A stretch of 64,000 nt of DNA from positions 2,667-66,666 of the forward strand of contig CATLBQ010000002.1 of the NCBI GenBank assembly GCA_949879765.1, read 5' to 3'. This document shows positions 27,662 through 37,049 of the stretch, piece by piece. Positions within the stretch are counted from its first letter, which is position 1. Every line of letters begins with the position of its first letter. A program made the translations under genes and the position numbers. The stretch comes from an uncultured Bacilli bacterium. Its GTDB lineage: Bacteria; Bacillota_I; Bacilli_A; ML615J-28; CAG-313. The notes under the pieces are model-generated. The model saw only the letters and a program-made list of their open reading frames with translations, was not told where the DNA came from and made no database searches.

Positions 27662-28711
27662 ATGAATATGGATTTTATTAGAAAATTGCCAACACCACAA
27701 GAAATCAAAGCATTATATCCATTAAGTGAAACACTTATGGCGGTAAAACAACAAAATGATGCGGCTATTCGGGACATCTTTTATGGCAAAAGCAATAAAA
27801 TGATGTTAATTATAGGACCATGCTCTGCAGATAGAGAAGATGCTGTGATAGAGTATATGAAACGTCTAAGAGACATTCAAGAAAAAGTAAAAGCACAATT
27901 GGTGATAATTCCTAGAATCTACACCAATAAACCAAGAACAACAGGTAAAGGCTATAAAGGAATGCTTCATCAACCCAATCCTATTTCTAGTCCAGATATG
28001 TTAAAAGGACTGATTGCTATTCGCAAACTTCATATGCGTGCTTTGGCAGAAACCGGCTTTTCTTGCGCAGATGAGATGCTATATCCAGAAAATCATAGGT
28101 ATCTATCTGATTTGCTTTCTTATGTTGCAGTAGGAGCAAGATCGGTTGAAAATCAAAGCCATCGTTTGACCGCAAGTGGATTAGATTTGCCAGTGGGTAT
28201 GAAGAATCCAACAAGTGGGGATTTGAGTGTGATGATGAATGCGATTTATGCGGCTCAGCATGCGCATACTTTTATCTATAGAGGATGGGAAGTCGTGAGT
28301 CAAGGCAATCCATTTACCCATGCGATTTTACGTGGCTATGTCGATAAACAAGGGGAATCACATCCGAATTACCATTATGAAGATTTGGTTCATTTATGTG
28401 AAATGTATGAATCATCGAATCTTGCTTATCCTTGTATTGTCGTAGATACCAATCATGCCAATTCCAATAAACACTGGGATGAACAACCAAGAATTGCGCT
28501 ATCTGTTTTAAATAGTATGGAACATAACCCAAAAATAAGAAACATGGTCAAGGGATTGATGATTGAATCCTATTTAGAAGATGGAGCCCAGAAGATAGAT
28601 GAAGGTGTGTTTGGTAAATCCATTACTGATCCTTGTCTAGGCTGGGAAAAAACAGAACAATTGATTATGGAAATAGCCGCACACGTCAAAGCAATGCAAG
28701 AAAAAGAATAA
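27662..28711 (+). CDS. aroG: 3-deoxy-7-phosphoheptulonate (DAHP) synthase, class I
   Basis: 349 aa. Motifs IIGPCSADRE and KPRTTGKGYKGM are typical of type I-alpha DAHP synthases. Confidence 0.9.
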   Translation: MNMDFIRKLPTPQEIKALYPLSETLMAVKQQNDAAIRDIFYGKSNKMMLIIGPCSADREDAVIEYMKRLRDIQEKVKAQLVIIPRIYTNKPRTTGKGYKGMLHQPNPISSPDMLKGLIAIRKLHMRALAETGFSCADEMLYPENHRYLSDLLSYVAVGARSVENQSHRLTASGLDLPVGMKNPTSGDLSVMMNAIYAAQHAHTFIYRGWEVVSQGNPFTHAILRGYVDKQGESHPNYHYEDLVHLCEMYESSNLAYPCIVVDTNHANSNKHWDEQPRIALSVLNSMEHNPKIRNMVKGLMIESYLEDGAQKIDEGVFGKSITDPCLGWEKTEQLIMEIAAHVKAMQEKE

Positions 28712-28745
28712 AAACGAGAAAAAAGTAAATAGAATAGGAGGCACT

Positions 28746-29162
28746 ATGAATATTTTATTTTTTCTAAAACCCAAACAACAAGTTGTATACATTTATGATG
28801 ACTTTACCATTCGCCAAGCGCTGGAAAAAATGGAGTATCACCGCTATACATCTATCCCTATTATTAATAAGGAAGGGGATTATATTGGAACACTTTCCGA
28901 AGGGGATATCCTTTGGGAAATCAAAAACCGCCACCAATTTAATTTAAGTGAAGCGGAAAACATTAAAATTAGTGAGGTTCAGCGCTTTAGAGATAACTTA
29001 CCGATTGATATTTCGGCACAAATTGATGATTTGATTTTAAAAGCAACGGTTCAAAACTTTGTACCAGTGATTGATGATCGAAAAAAATTTATTGGTATTG
29101 TGACAAGAACGGATATTATTAAGTATTTTTTTGAAAATCAAAATCAATTATCCAAGGAATAA
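28746..29162 (+). CDS. CBS-pair domain protein
   Basis: 138 aa with two CBS repeats (IPIINKEGDYIGTLSEGDIL and VPVIDDRKKFIGIVTRTDII). Confidence 0.8.
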   Translation: MNILFFLKPKQQVVYIYDDFTIRQALEKMEYHRYTSIPIINKEGDYIGTLSEGDILWEIKNRHQFNLSEAENIKISEVQRFRDNLPIDISAQIDDLILKATVQNFVPVIDDRKKFIGIVTRTDIIKYFFENQNQLSKE

Positions 29163-29166
29163 GGAT

Positions 29167-30095
29167 ATGAAACTGGTCGTATCTAGTTATAATCAAGATG
29201 AACATGCTTGTACCTTATTTGAAGTCAATCAAGAGACGTTGCAAGTTCAAGCCCTTGATGCCAAAACACTGATGGCACCAAGTTTTATCATAGAAGGGGA
29301 TGGCTATTTATATACATACACCAAACAGCCTTTGCAAATGATTTCTTATCAAGTAGTGCAAGAACAATTAGTAGAAATAGATAGATTTTCATTACCAGGA
29401 ATGACACTCACTCATCTGGTCTATAGTCCCAAACACAAACGCTTGTTTGCGGCAAGTTATGCTGATGGTGCGTATTGTAGTCTTGATGTCAAACAAGGAA
29501 AATTTTCTCATTTGCATTATCAAAAACAAGCACCTGATGCCCCGTTATCTCAATGCCATTGTGTGAGTCTTTCAGAAGATGAAGAACGGGTTTATGTAAC
29601 CATATAGCGCTAGATACCATATTTGTTTATGATATGGATTGGCATCAAATTGATGAAATTCATTTGCCAAAAGGATGCGGACCAAGACATACGATTGTAT
29701 ATGAGGGCTATTTGTATACGATTACTGAATACAGCAATGAAGTGTTGGTGATAGATGAAACCAAAAGAGAGGTACAACAAATCATCAGTACAACACAAGG
29801 GTATGCAGGAAACACCTATGGGGCTACAGTATTGATTCAAAATCATTACTTGTTTGCCTCTAACCGAGGATTAGATACGATTGCAAGATATAAGATAGAG
29901 CATCACCGATTGGTTTATCAAGAGATGATGCCTACTTATGGAAAGCATTCTCGTCATATGATTTTATCTAAAGATCAAACGTGTATCATCAGTTTTAATA
30001 AAAATAGTCACACCATTACATATTTGGATATAACTACAGGAAAATGTATATTGACTATCCCTTATGCTAATGTCAGTTGTGGAGTAGAATATTGA
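29167..30095 (+). pseudogene. Lactonase-family 7-bladed beta-propeller (6-phosphogluconolactonase-like) with a frameshift near 29598-29607
   Basis: The N-terminal part stops at the TAG at 29605-29607 (...EDEERVYVTI*). The adjacent frame is open from 29583 and reads ...NHIALDTIFVYDMDWHQIDEIHLPKGCGPRH..., continuing the family pattern (GPRH, FASNRGLDTIA). Confidence 0.75.
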
Positions 30096-30113
30096 GAAAA
30101 GAAGGAAAAACAA

Positions 30114-30539
30114 ATGAAATATGAAGAGTTGACCCAAGCCGATTATCAATTGATTCAAATGGGATTAGATACACTAGCCAAGCATTTTGATGATGGCATT
30201 TACCACCATACCGTAGGTTGTGCGATTCGGTCTAGTTCCAATAAGATATACACAGGTGTCAATTGTGATGGCATTCATGGGTCTTGTGCGGAATATATTA
30301 CAATGGGCATAGCCATTGCTGCAGGTGAAAAATCGTTTGATACTATTGTAGCAGTACATGAAAAATCTCCTAATGGTGTGGTTTCTCCTTGTGGGAATTG
30401 CCGCCAAATGTTATTGGCATATGCAAAAGATATTTTAGTGATTGTCAATGATGAAAACAACCAATTGAAAAAAGTCAGCATTGCCTCACTATTACCACTC
30501 GCTTGGCATCCTGTTGTAATTGATGAAGAAGATGAATAA
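30114..30539 (+). CDS. Cytidine/deoxycytidylate deaminase-family protein (blasticidin-S-deaminase-like size)
   Basis: Zinc-binding motifs CAEY and PCGNCRQ. 141 aa. Confidence 0.75.
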   Translation: MKYEELTQADYQLIQMGLDTLAKHFDDGIYHHTVGCAIRSSSNKIYTGVNCDGIHGSCAEYITMGIAIAAGEKSFDTIVAVHEKSPNGVVSPCGNCRQMLLAYAKDILVIVNDENNQLKKVSIASLLPLAWHPVVIDEEDE

Positions 30540-30547
30540 AGGAGAAA

Positions 30548-31660
30548 ATGATGCGTTTTGAAAAAGTAAAAAAACAGCTGGGATTTGGATGTATGCGGCT
30601 CCCCATGCAAGGAAGCGAAGTAGATTACCCTGCATTAACGAAAATGATTGATGCATTTATGTCTAAAGGATTCAATTATTTTGATACCGCAAGCGTCTAT
30701 ATTGAAGGAAAGAGCGAAATCGCACTAAAAGCTTGTTTGGTTGACCGATATCCCCGTGAACAATTTGTATATACGAATAAACTTTCTTCTTCCTTATTTC
30801 AAACAGAAGAAGAGATTAGACCCTTATTTGAAAAGCAACTACAAGCTTGTGGTTTAACCTATTTTGATTTCTATTTGATGCATGCCCAAAATAAAGACAA
30901 TTATCAAAAATACAAACAAACACATGCCTATGAAACGGCTTATGCGTTAAAAGCAGAAGGTAAAATCAAGCATGTAGGGTTATCCTTCCATGATCAAGCA
31001 GAAGTGTTGGATCGGATTCTAACAGAACAACCCCAAATTGAGGTTGTTCAAATCCAACTCAATTATTTAGACATGGAAGATCCAAAAATTCAAAGTCGAT
31101 TATGCTATGAGGTTTGTAGAAAACATCAGAAACCCATTATTGTAATGGAGCCAGTTAAAGGAGGCAGTTTGGTTCATATTCCACTAAAGGCACAAGATTT
31201 ATTTGACCAACTGGGATCCCATTCTTATGCGAGTTATGCCATTCGTTATGCCGCATCATTTGAAGGTGTAATGATGGTGTTATCAGGTATGAGCAATGAG
31301 GAACAAATGAATGATAATCTCAGTTATATGGAGGAGTTTCAACCACTTTCTAGACAAGAATATAGTATCATTCAACAAGTCAAAGATATCATCAAGAAAG
31401 CAAATACCATTCCTTGTACAGGATGTAGATATTGTGTAGAAGGTTGCCCAGAACAAATTGATATACCAGATATTTTCACTTGTTTGAATGATGTTCATGG
31501 TCAACAAATCGATCATGTCAAAGAAAAGTATCAAACCTATACTTTCCAAAAAGGAAAAGCAAAAGATTGTATAGCCTGTGGTAAATGTGAAAAAACTTGT
31601 CCTCAACATCTGGAAATTCGCAAACTTTTAAAGAAGGCAAGTTGGTATTTAGACCAATAA
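30548..31660 (+). CDS. Aldo/keto reductase with a C-terminal 2x[4Fe-4S]-type cysteine cluster
   Basis: AKR N-terminus (LGFGCMRLP, FNYFDTA). The C-terminus has CTGCRYCVEGCP and CIACGKCEKTCP. Confidence 0.85.
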   Translation: MMRFEKVKKQLGFGCMRLPMQGSEVDYPALTKMIDAFMSKGFNYFDTASVYIEGKSEIALKACLVDRYPREQFVYTNKLSSSLFQTEEEIRPLFEKQLQACGLTYFDFYLMHAQNKDNYQKYKQTHAYETAYALKAEGKIKHVGLSFHDQAEVLDRILTEQPQIEVVQIQLNYLDMEDPKIQSRLCYEVCRKHQKPIIVMEPVKGGSLVHIPLKAQDLFDQLGSHSYASYAIRYAASFEGVMMVLSGMSNEEQMNDNLSYMEEFQPLSRQEYSIIQQVKDIIKKANTIPCTGCRYCVEGCPEQIDIPDIFTCLNDVHGQQIDHVKEKYQTYTFQKGKAKDCIACGKCEKTCPQHLEIRKLLKKASWYLDQ

Positions 31661-31669
31661 TATAGGAAT

Positions 31670-31698
31670 AAAACCTCAACAGATTGTTGAGGTTTTTT
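31670..31698. terminator. Bidirectional Rho-independent terminator between convergent genes
   Basis: AAAACCTCAAC pairs with GTTGAGGTTTT around a 5-nt loop. A/T runs flank both sides. It overlaps the stop of the minus-strand gene. Confidence 0.85.
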
Positions 31699-33127
31699 AA
31701 ATTTCTTTGGTTGCATCATACCCCATTCGACAGGCAATGGGCAGACCACCTGTGATATTGTTCCAAATGGATAATACATAACCATTTTGTATTTGTTTGA
31801 TTCTTGAATGCACCCCTTGTAATGAGGACTGTTGGGTAAAAGAAAAACCCATAAAAGAACCAAAGTGAGCATGAAAATAACTGGTATAGGTATAAGGTGT
31901 CCAACTATCTAAGAGTTTGATGTGTCCTTTTAACTGAGGAAAAAACTGAATCATTTGTTTCATCAATTCGGTGGCTAGTTTTTCTTTTTCTTGCTGATAG
32001 AGCTTAGGATTTTTTTCCTGTAGGGCTTTCCAATATACATAAGATGCTTCATCTTGAGGAACCATCAATTGATAGACAACTTCATCTTTGGTAGAAGGTA
32101 AATAATGATAAGATTTTACACAAAGTCGATTGGTAATGATTTCTCCAATTTTTTGGGGGCTAATGGCAATAATTTCTGTATCTTGAACAGGACCCTCTTT
32201 TGTATCAACGACATAAGCTGCTTGAAAAGCAGAAGGAATAGGGTATTTTTCTTTTTCACTTAATTTTTGCATCAAACGATGGGGCATTTTTATATCAGGT
32301 AATAAGTGTTGATATACATAAATGGCATCACAAGCAAAGAAAAAATAATTCCCTGGAATGACTTCACCAGTGGCTAGTTCAACGGAGTCAATTGTTTTTT
32401 GAGGATGATTGACTTTGACCACTTCACTATTGTAGAAAATCTTCCCACCCAATTGTAAATAGTGATGAAGTATATTTTGAGTGAAGGCCAATGATCCTTC
32501 TTGATAGATCTTTCCATTTCCACTGGCAAATGCCGCATAAGTCAAAAGCAGTGCGATGCTTGAATAGTAGGATGGAAGATAATCCGTAAAGAGTTTTTGA
32601 AGTAGGGGATGTTGAAAACGCTTGGCTAAATCGGCTAGTGAAAGATGACGATAGTGCCAATAGGCTTTTACGTATCCTGCGGTGGTATGATAGGTGTGTT
32701 GTATAAAAGGGGCTTGTTGATTGGCAATAATCAAGTGTTTTACTGTAGAAATAAAACGCTGAATTTCAGGACTATCCGTCGGAGAAAGCTCAAGCATTTC
32801 CCGTTTTGTTTGTTCTAAATCGGTATAGAGTGCAATGGATGTACTTTCATCATGACTTTTATAAAAATATTTTCCTTGATACAGATTGCTTGTTTCATCG
32901 ATAGCACCAATCTTTTTCCACAGTTTAAACATTTTGGTGGTTTGATTGGTTCCAGTAAGCCAGTGCATACAGTTATCAATGTAATATCCATCACGATACC
33001 ATCCGCCACAACAACCACCTGCTGTTTGGTTCTTTTCATAAATGGCTACATCATATCCAGCTTCTAATGCACCGATTCCTGCGGATAAACCCGTTATTCC
33101 TGCACCAACAATAATTATTTTTTTCAT
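31697..33127 (-). CDS. NAD(P)/FAD-dependent oxidoreductase (phytoene-desaturase / amine-oxidase fold)
   Basis: The N-terminal dinucleotide fold MKKIIIVGAGITGLSAG...YEKN..AGG. 476 aa. Confidence 0.8.
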   Translation of the reverse strand: MKKIIIVGAGITGLSAGIGALEAGYDVAIYEKNQTAGGCCGGWYRDGYYIDNCMHWLTGTNQTTKMFKLWKKIGAIDETSNLYQGKYFYKSHDESTSIALYTDLEQTKREMLELSPTDSPEIQRFISTVKHLIIANQQAPFIQHTYHTTAGYVKAYWHYRHLSLADLAKRFQHPLLQKLFTDYLPSYYSSIALLLTYAAFASGNGKIYQEGSLAFTQNILHHYLQLGGKIFYNSEVVKVNHPQKTIDSVELATGEVIPGNYFFFACDAIYVYQHLLPDIKMPHRLMQKLSEKEKYPIPSAFQAAYVVDTKEGPVQDTEIIAISPQKIGEIITNRLCVKSYHYLPSTKDEVVYQLMVPQDEASYVYWKALQEKNPKLYQQEKEKLATELMKQMIQFFPQLKGHIKLLDSWTPYTYTSYFHAHFGSFMGFSFTQQSSLQGVHSRIKQIQNGYVLSIWNNITGGLPIACRMGYDATKEI

Positions 33128-33293
33128 ATCATCACCTCACCATAGTATTTCCCATAAATGAAGAAGTTAAACAAAGGGATTTTATTGTACCGAAATAATC
33201 AAACAATCGGAAATTTTTGTTAGGCTATTTGAATGAAATCTGGTATAAAATAACCGCATTTTGAAATCATAGATAACTTTATATGTAAAATGG

Positions 33294-33322
33294 TTGAAAA
33301 ACTTGTAGAAAATCCATATAAT
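33294..33322 (+). promoter_or_regulatory. SigA-type promoter of the regulator/pot operon
   Basis: TTGAAA (33294-33299), a 17-nt spacer, then TATAAT (33317-33322). Confidence 0.7.
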
Positions 33323-33335
33323 ATTAGCGGGTCTA

Positions 33336-33352
33336 GTTTAGAATTACTAAAC
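33336..33352 (+). promoter_or_regulatory. Inverted repeat, candidate operator
   Basis: GTTTAG-aatta-CTAAAC, located 14 nt downstream of the -10 box. Confidence 0.3.
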
Positions 33353-33391
33353 AAATAAATTAAAATTCTTAAACCAAAAGAAGGTGATGTT

Positions 33392-33925
33392 TTGAAGATT
33401 GGTAAGAAAATCAAAGAATTGAGGATCCGTTGCAATTTAACGCAGGAAGAGTTAGCCGATAGAACAGAACTGACAAAAGGCTATATTTCTCAACTCGAAA
33501 ATGATGTGGCTGAACCATCCATTTCAACGCTAGAAGATATCGTCAATGCGTTAGGTACCAATTTGGGTGATTTCTTTCGAGAGCAAAGTATGGAAAAGAC
33601 AGTCTTTTTAGAAGACGACTATTTTGTTAAAGATACAGAGAGTTATCAAATCAAATGGTTGGTTCCTAATGCCCAAAAAAACGAGATGGAACCGATTCTA
33701 GTCACAATTTATCCCCATCAACAAACGGACATCGATTATCCCCATGAAGGTCAAGAATTTGGATATGTGTTAGAAGGAGAAGTTTTGCTTTGTATAGACG
33801 GTCTTGTGCAAAAGGTAAAAAAGGGTGAGACTTTTTATTATGAGTCTAGTAAAAATCATTATTTGAAAAATGTTAGGGATAAACAATGTCGTATTATTTG
33901 GGTCAGTAGCCCACCAAACTTTTAA
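33392..33925 (+). CDS. XRE-family HTH regulator with a C-terminal cupin domain (PuuR-like)
   Basis: HTH is IKELRIRCNLTQEELADRTELTKGYISQLEN. The cupin part is HPHEGQEFGYVLEGEV. TTG start after AAGGTGA. Confidence 0.8.
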   Translation: MKIGKKIKELRIRCNLTQEELADRTELTKGYISQLENDVAEPSISTLEDIVNALGTNLGDFFREQSMEKTVFLEDDYFVKDTESYQIKWLVPNAQKNEMEPILVTIYPHQQTDIDYPHEGQEFGYVLEGEVLLCIDGLVQKVKKGETFYYESSKNHYLKNVRDKQCRIIWVSSPPNF

Positions 33926-33942
33926 ATAGGAGGATTTTAAAA

Positions 33943-35457
33943 ATGGAGAAGAATGATGTAATTTTAGAATTAATAAATGTGAACAAATCGTTTGATGGCA
34001 GTATTGTTGTTGAAAATTTGAATCTATCTGTACAAAAAGGTGAATTTGTTACCTTTCTTGGCCCATCAGGATGTGGAAAAACAACAACACTACGGATGAT
34101 TGCGGGGCTAGAGATGCCAGATAGTGGTCAAATTCTACTCAATGGTATGGATATTGCCCAATTACCCCCTCATAAAAGACCCCTCAATACTGTGTTTCAG
34201 CGATATGCACTTTTTCCTCATCTAGATGTGTATGATAATATTGCGTTTGGCCTGAAACTCAAAAAGGTAAGTTATCAAACCACCAATAAACAAGGCAATG
34301 TCATTACAAAAACGAGAAAATATACCAAGGATGAAATTGATGCAAAAGTAAAGAAAGCTTTGAAAATTGTAGATTTAGAGTCTTTTGAATGCCGAAATGT
34401 GACAACTCTTTCTGGTGGACAACAACAAAGGGTTGCTATTGCAAGAGCAATTGTCAATGAACCAGAAATCTTGCTATTGGATGAACCACTTGGCGCATTG
34501 GACTTAAAGATGAGAAAAGAAATGCAATTGGAACTAAAGGAAATGCATAAAAAATTAGGCATTACTTTTATCTATGTAACGCATGACCAAGAAGAGGCTT
34601 TGACTATGAGTGATCGAATCGTCGTGATTGAAGATGGTGTGATTCAACAAATTGGTACACCACTAGATATTTATAATGAGCCAGCAAATGCTTTTGTTGC
34701 GGACTTCATTGGTGAATCAAATATTTATGTAGGAACAATGATAGGTCCTCAAAAGGTACGTTTTTTAGGAACAACTTGGGACTGTGTGGATGATTTTGAG
34801 ATCAATGAAAAAGTGGACGTTGTAGTTCGACCAGAAGATATTATCATTCATTCACCTAATGAGGGAAAAGTAAAGGCCAAGATTGTGAATAAAATTTTCA
34901 AAGGAATTCACTATCAGTTTACCGCAATGGTAGGGAATAATGAAGTATTGATTCAATCGACAGTCGATCATCCTGTGGGTCAAGATATTAGTTTAACGAT
35001 TGAACCTGATTTGATTCAAATTATGAAACGGGAATATACCGCAAACATTTATGAAGATGCTTATATCAATAAAAATAATGAAGTTGTTTTTGCGGGGGCA
35101 TCTTGGGCTTGCGATGTGACACAATTGGTAGAAGGAGCTACCTTAGATGAAAAAGGCTATTTTATTACACCGAATGGTAAAAAATATGATTTAGATGATA
35201 TAGATGTTATTGCTACAATTGATATGAAAGATATTGAAATCAGTGATAATTTAGAAGAAGGTAACATTACGGGACAAATTATTCAAATGGTATGGAAAGG
35301 TGATCACTATCAATTGATCATTCGAACAGAAGATGAAGAAGACTTTATAGTTGATACTGAATGGACATGGAATGAATCGGATACCGTGAGTATCAGTATA
35401 GATTCGAGCAAAATCAAATTGAAACTAAAGGCGGATTTGTCGAAGTATGAAATTTAA
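33943..35457 (+). CDS. potA: Spermidine/putrescine ABC transporter ATP-binding protein, extended form (504 aa)
   Basis: Walker A GPSGCGKTT, signature LSGGQQQRVAIARA, Walker B ILLLDEPLGALD. It is followed by one TOBE-like domain plus a second, duplicated TOBE-like C-terminal module. Confidence 0.9.
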   Translation: MEKNDVILELINVNKSFDGSIVVENLNLSVQKGEFVTFLGPSGCGKTTTLRMIAGLEMPDSGQILLNGMDIAQLPPHKRPLNTVFQRYALFPHLDVYDNIAFGLKLKKVSYQTTNKQGNVITKTRKYTKDEIDAKVKKALKIVDLESFECRNVTTLSGGQQQRVAIARAIVNEPEILLLDEPLGALDLKMRKEMQLELKEMHKKLGITFIYVTHDQEEALTMSDRIVVIEDGVIQQIGTPLDIYNEPANAFVADFIGESNIYVGTMIGPQKVRFLGTTWDCVDDFEINEKVDVVVRPEDIIIHSPNEGKVKAKIVNKIFKGIHYQFTAMVGNNEVLIQSTVDHPVGQDISLTIEPDLIQIMKREYTANIYEDAYINKNNEVVFAGASWACDVTQLVEGATLDEKGYFITPNGKKYDLDDIDVIATIDMKDIEISDNLEEGNITGQIIQMVWKGDHYQLIIRTEDEEDFIVDTEWTWNESDTVSISIDSSKIKLKLKADLSKYEI

Positions 35458-36238
35458 GCGTAAATATTTATCTTTTCCATATGTTTTATTTTTGATTTGT
35501 TTCATTATCATTCCTGTTTTCTTTATCATTTATTATGCATTTACCAATAAGGGAGGTGCATTTACCTTTGATAATCTATTGAAATTTTTCTCTGACTCGA
35601 CAAATGTCAATGTTTTATTGATTTCGTTTGTATATGCTATTTTAAATACCGTGATATGTTTATTGATTGGATATCCTCTAGCCATGATACTTGCCAATAA
35701 AAACTACAATCGTTCATCGGTGATGGTCATGTTATTTGTCATGCCTATGTGGATTAACTTTATTATTCGGACGAGTGCGACTCGAGATGTTCTCAATTGG
35801 ATAGGCATTTCAACAGGTGCCAATTCAGGACTAACAACGATGATAGGGTTAGTCTACAACTATTTGCCTTTTGTAATTTTACCGTTATATTCTACAATGT
35901 TGAAAATGGATAAATCTCAAATTGAAGCAAGTGCTGATCTTGGTGCCAATCGTTTTGTGACTTTCTTTAAAGTCATTATTCCAATGACAATGCCAGGAAT
36001 TGTATCTGCAGCGACAATGGTATTTATGCCTACGCTATCGTCTTATGTCATTTCTGATATCTTGTCAGAATACAATGTCGTTTTATTTGGTAGCTATATT
36101 GATTTATACTTTAACCAAGCCGATTGGAATTTTGGTTCTTTAATGGCATTGATTATGTTGTTATTGATTGGAATTAGTGTATTCATTTCTAGAAAATTTT
36201 CTAAAGATGAAACAGGAGGGAGAACATCATTATGGTAA
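35447..36238 (+). CDS. potB: Spermidine/putrescine ABC transporter permease
   Basis: Six-TM MalFG-type permease with an EAA-like loop (EASADLGANRFVTFFKVIIP). Operon position after potA. Confidence 0.85.
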   Translation: MKFKRKYLSFPYVLFLICFIIIPVFFIIYYAFTNKGGAFTFDNLLKFFSDSTNVNVLLISFVYAILNTVICLLIGYPLAMILANKNYNRSSVMVMLFVMPMWINFIIRTSATRDVLNWIGISTGANSGLTTMIGLVYNYLPFVILPLYSTMLKMDKSQIEASADLGANRFVTFFKVIIPMTMPGIVSAATMVFMPTLSSYVISDILSEYNVVLFGSYIDLYFNQADWNFGSLMALIMLLLIGISVFISRKFSKDETGGRTSLW

Positions 36239-37047
36239 AACGTCCAAACACTCGAAAAATAGTAGCAAAAAGTTATTTATATTTGATTTTGTTTTTGATG
36301 TATTTGCCCATTTTGGTTCTAATTGTTTTTTCCTTTACTAAAAGTGTTGAGTTAGGCGTTTGGACTGGTTTTTCTTTACAACTATACAAAGACTTGTTTG
36401 CCAATGACTCTTTAATGAAGGCGATTGGCAATACAGTATTGATTGCTTTTGTCTCCGCAGTGGTATCCACTTTACTAGGCACTATGGGGGCAGTAGGCAC
36501 ATTTTATGCAAGAAGAAGATACAAGAAGGCAGTGGAGACAGCGACACAATTGCCTGTAGTGAATGCGGAAATCGTAATGGCTTTATCACTTGCGGTACTA
36601 TTCAAATCTTTGAATCTGAGTTATACATTTTGGACACTATTGATTGGGCATGTTGTATTAACCGTTGCTTTTGTGTATTTGAATGTGAAACCTAAATTGG
36701 TACAAATGGATGCTAGTATTTATGAAGCCGCCCTAGATTTAGGAGCAACGCCATGGTATGCTTTGTTCAAAGTCGTTCTTCCTGAGATTTTACCAGGTAT
36801 TTTTTCAGGTTTCTTACTTTCAATTACGTTATCACTAGATGACTTTGTCATTACGCAATATTTAAAAGAACCTTCTTTTGAAACGATATCGACTTATATT
36901 CAAAAAATTGTAGTTAAGCATCCGATTCCTCCTGAAGTAAGAGCATTAAGTACCATCTTGTTCTTGGTTGTATTAGGAGCAGTGATTGCAATTACCGTGT
37001 ATAACAATAAAAAAGCTACCAAAGTAGCAACTATGCGGAGGAAGTAA
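36232..37047 (+). CDS. potC: Spermidine/putrescine ABC transporter permease
   Basis: EAA-like loop YEAALDLGATPWYALFKVVLP. Overlaps potB by 7 nt. Confidence 0.85.
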   Translation: MVKRPNTRKIVAKSYLYLILFLMYLPILVLIVFSFTKSVELGVWTGFSLQLYKDLFANDSLMKAIGNTVLIAFVSAVVSTLLGTMGAVGTFYARRRYKKAVETATQLPVVNAEIVMALSLAVLFKSLNLSYTFWTLLIGHVVLTVAFVYLNVKPKLVQMDASIYEAALDLGATPWYALFKVVLPEILPGIFSGFLLSITLSLDDFVITQYLKEPSFETISTYIQKIVVKHPIPPEVRALSTILFLVVLGAVIAITVYNNKKATKVATMRRK

Positions 37048-37049
37048 CA

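Noticed and set aside
30174-30610. Minus-strand ORFs of 77 and 111 aa opposite the deaminase and aldo/keto reductase genes. The same applies to similar antisense ORFs at 1281-1484, 3626-3907, 9118-9420, 12484-12889, 19275-19825, 22370-22645, 23199-23794, 31283-31609, 34275-34562, 40789-41070, 42286-42612, 46256-46612, 47664-48125, 60728-61164 and 62370-62615.
   Set aside because: All lie antisense to genes with clear family motifs and lack RBS and start context. In AT-rich DNA, long antisense ORFs are expected by chance.
31603-31904. Minus-strand ORFs (89 and 62 aa) at the 3' end of the oxidoreductase gene.
   Set aside because: They are alternative frames of the same region. One of them crosses the bidirectional terminator. 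The 476-aa frame carries the FAD-binding motif.
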